A stretch of 64,000 bases of DNA from Oikopleura dioica (taxonomy: Eukaryota > Animalia > Chordata). The notes under the pieces were generated by a model. The model was not told the DNA's origin. It did no database searches and saw only the letters and a list, made by a program, of their open reading frames with translations. Where the stretch lies: positions 10,726,001 to 10,790,000 of the forward strand of contig OU015567.1 in NCBI GenBank assembly GCA_907165135.1, read 5' to 3'. The position numbers were made by a program, and so were the translations under genes. Positions 63,433-64,000 of this stretch are shown here, piece after piece; the stretch's first letter is position 1, and the number at the start of each line of letters is the position of its first letter.

Positions 63433-64000
63433 ATGACCGACTATTTACCGGGCACCGCTGGACTCATCGAGGACATTGACAAGAAGCATTTAGTCGTCTT
63501 GCGCGACGGTCGAACTCTGATCGGCATCCTCCGCGCGATCGACCAATTCGCTAATCTCGTTCTTCACCAGACAGTCGAACGCATCCACGTCGACGGGTTC
63601 TTTGGCGACATTCCCAGAGGAATTTTTGTTGTCAGAGGTACATCAAATTCTTCATTCATGCTACTATACCTAATCACTTAAAAAGGGATCTCTTATTGTA
63701 GAAGTAAAGATTTTTTTATACTACTTACTCTTGATTTGATAAAACATGATTTCCAGTTGTGATTTTCCGGGCATGTTGTGCCTTCTAATTTCCGGCATTT
63801 ATAAAATGAGACTCGGGTCCAGTATCTCACATATAAAATGAAATTCTGAAACTTTTTGTTTCAGGTGAAAACGTAGCCCTATTCGGCGAGGTAGATTTGG
63901 AAAATGAAAACCGTGGTAATCTGCAGGAAGTTTCCGTGGAAGAAATCCTCGAGTTGCACCAACAAGTGACTGCGAGAAAAGACGAACTCGAGCGTCGAAA
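63433..64000 (+). CDS. LSM1: U6 snRNA-associated Sm-like protein LSm1 (3' end runs off the window)
   Basis: YLPGTAGLIEDIDKKHLVVLRDGRTLIG.LR.IDQFANLVL..RG|ENV. Confidence 0.93.

Noticed and set aside
63700-63850. Possible H/ACA snoRNA in the LSM1 intron
   Set aside because: Only short hairpins plus ANANNA/ACA words, common in AT-rich DNA; needs a covariance search.

Overview
Compact animal genomic DNA. Introns of about 40-50 nt, tightly packed co-oriented genes and 3' splice acceptors just ahead of start codons point to an appendicularian tunicate such as Oikopleura (inference). About 25 spliced genes are supported. Minus-strand runs: RPS26-hypothetical-RPS10-LACTB2-HEATR6, and actin-like-NCAPH-AKAP17A-DYNC1I-SMG8-KANSL3-HINT3-HD hydrolase-CELF. 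Also present: a Kazal inhibitor, an HS3ST-like sulfotransferase, EEF1D, HDHD5, LSM1, a large CUB/TSP1/SRCR/C-lectin receptor and two Thr-rich mucin paralogs. The main structure is an 8,124-bp Ty3/gypsy LTR retrotransposon (29422-37545) with apparently identical 302-bp LTRs and a 4-bp TSD, inserted into the last coding exon of the NMD factor SMG8. It carries a -1 frameshift signal, a non-env third ORF, and unpaired splice acceptors before both gag and ORF3 that resemble host trans-splice sites. Other highlights: a claudin-like gene nested antisense in a KANSL3 intron, a secreted precursor with four copies of a 16-aa Cys-rich core, two foldback/MITE elements, an eS26 lacking two Zn ligands, and a microbial-type HD hydrolase. 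Exon boundaries were read by eye, and several 1-bp homopolymer frameshifts may be assembly errors.
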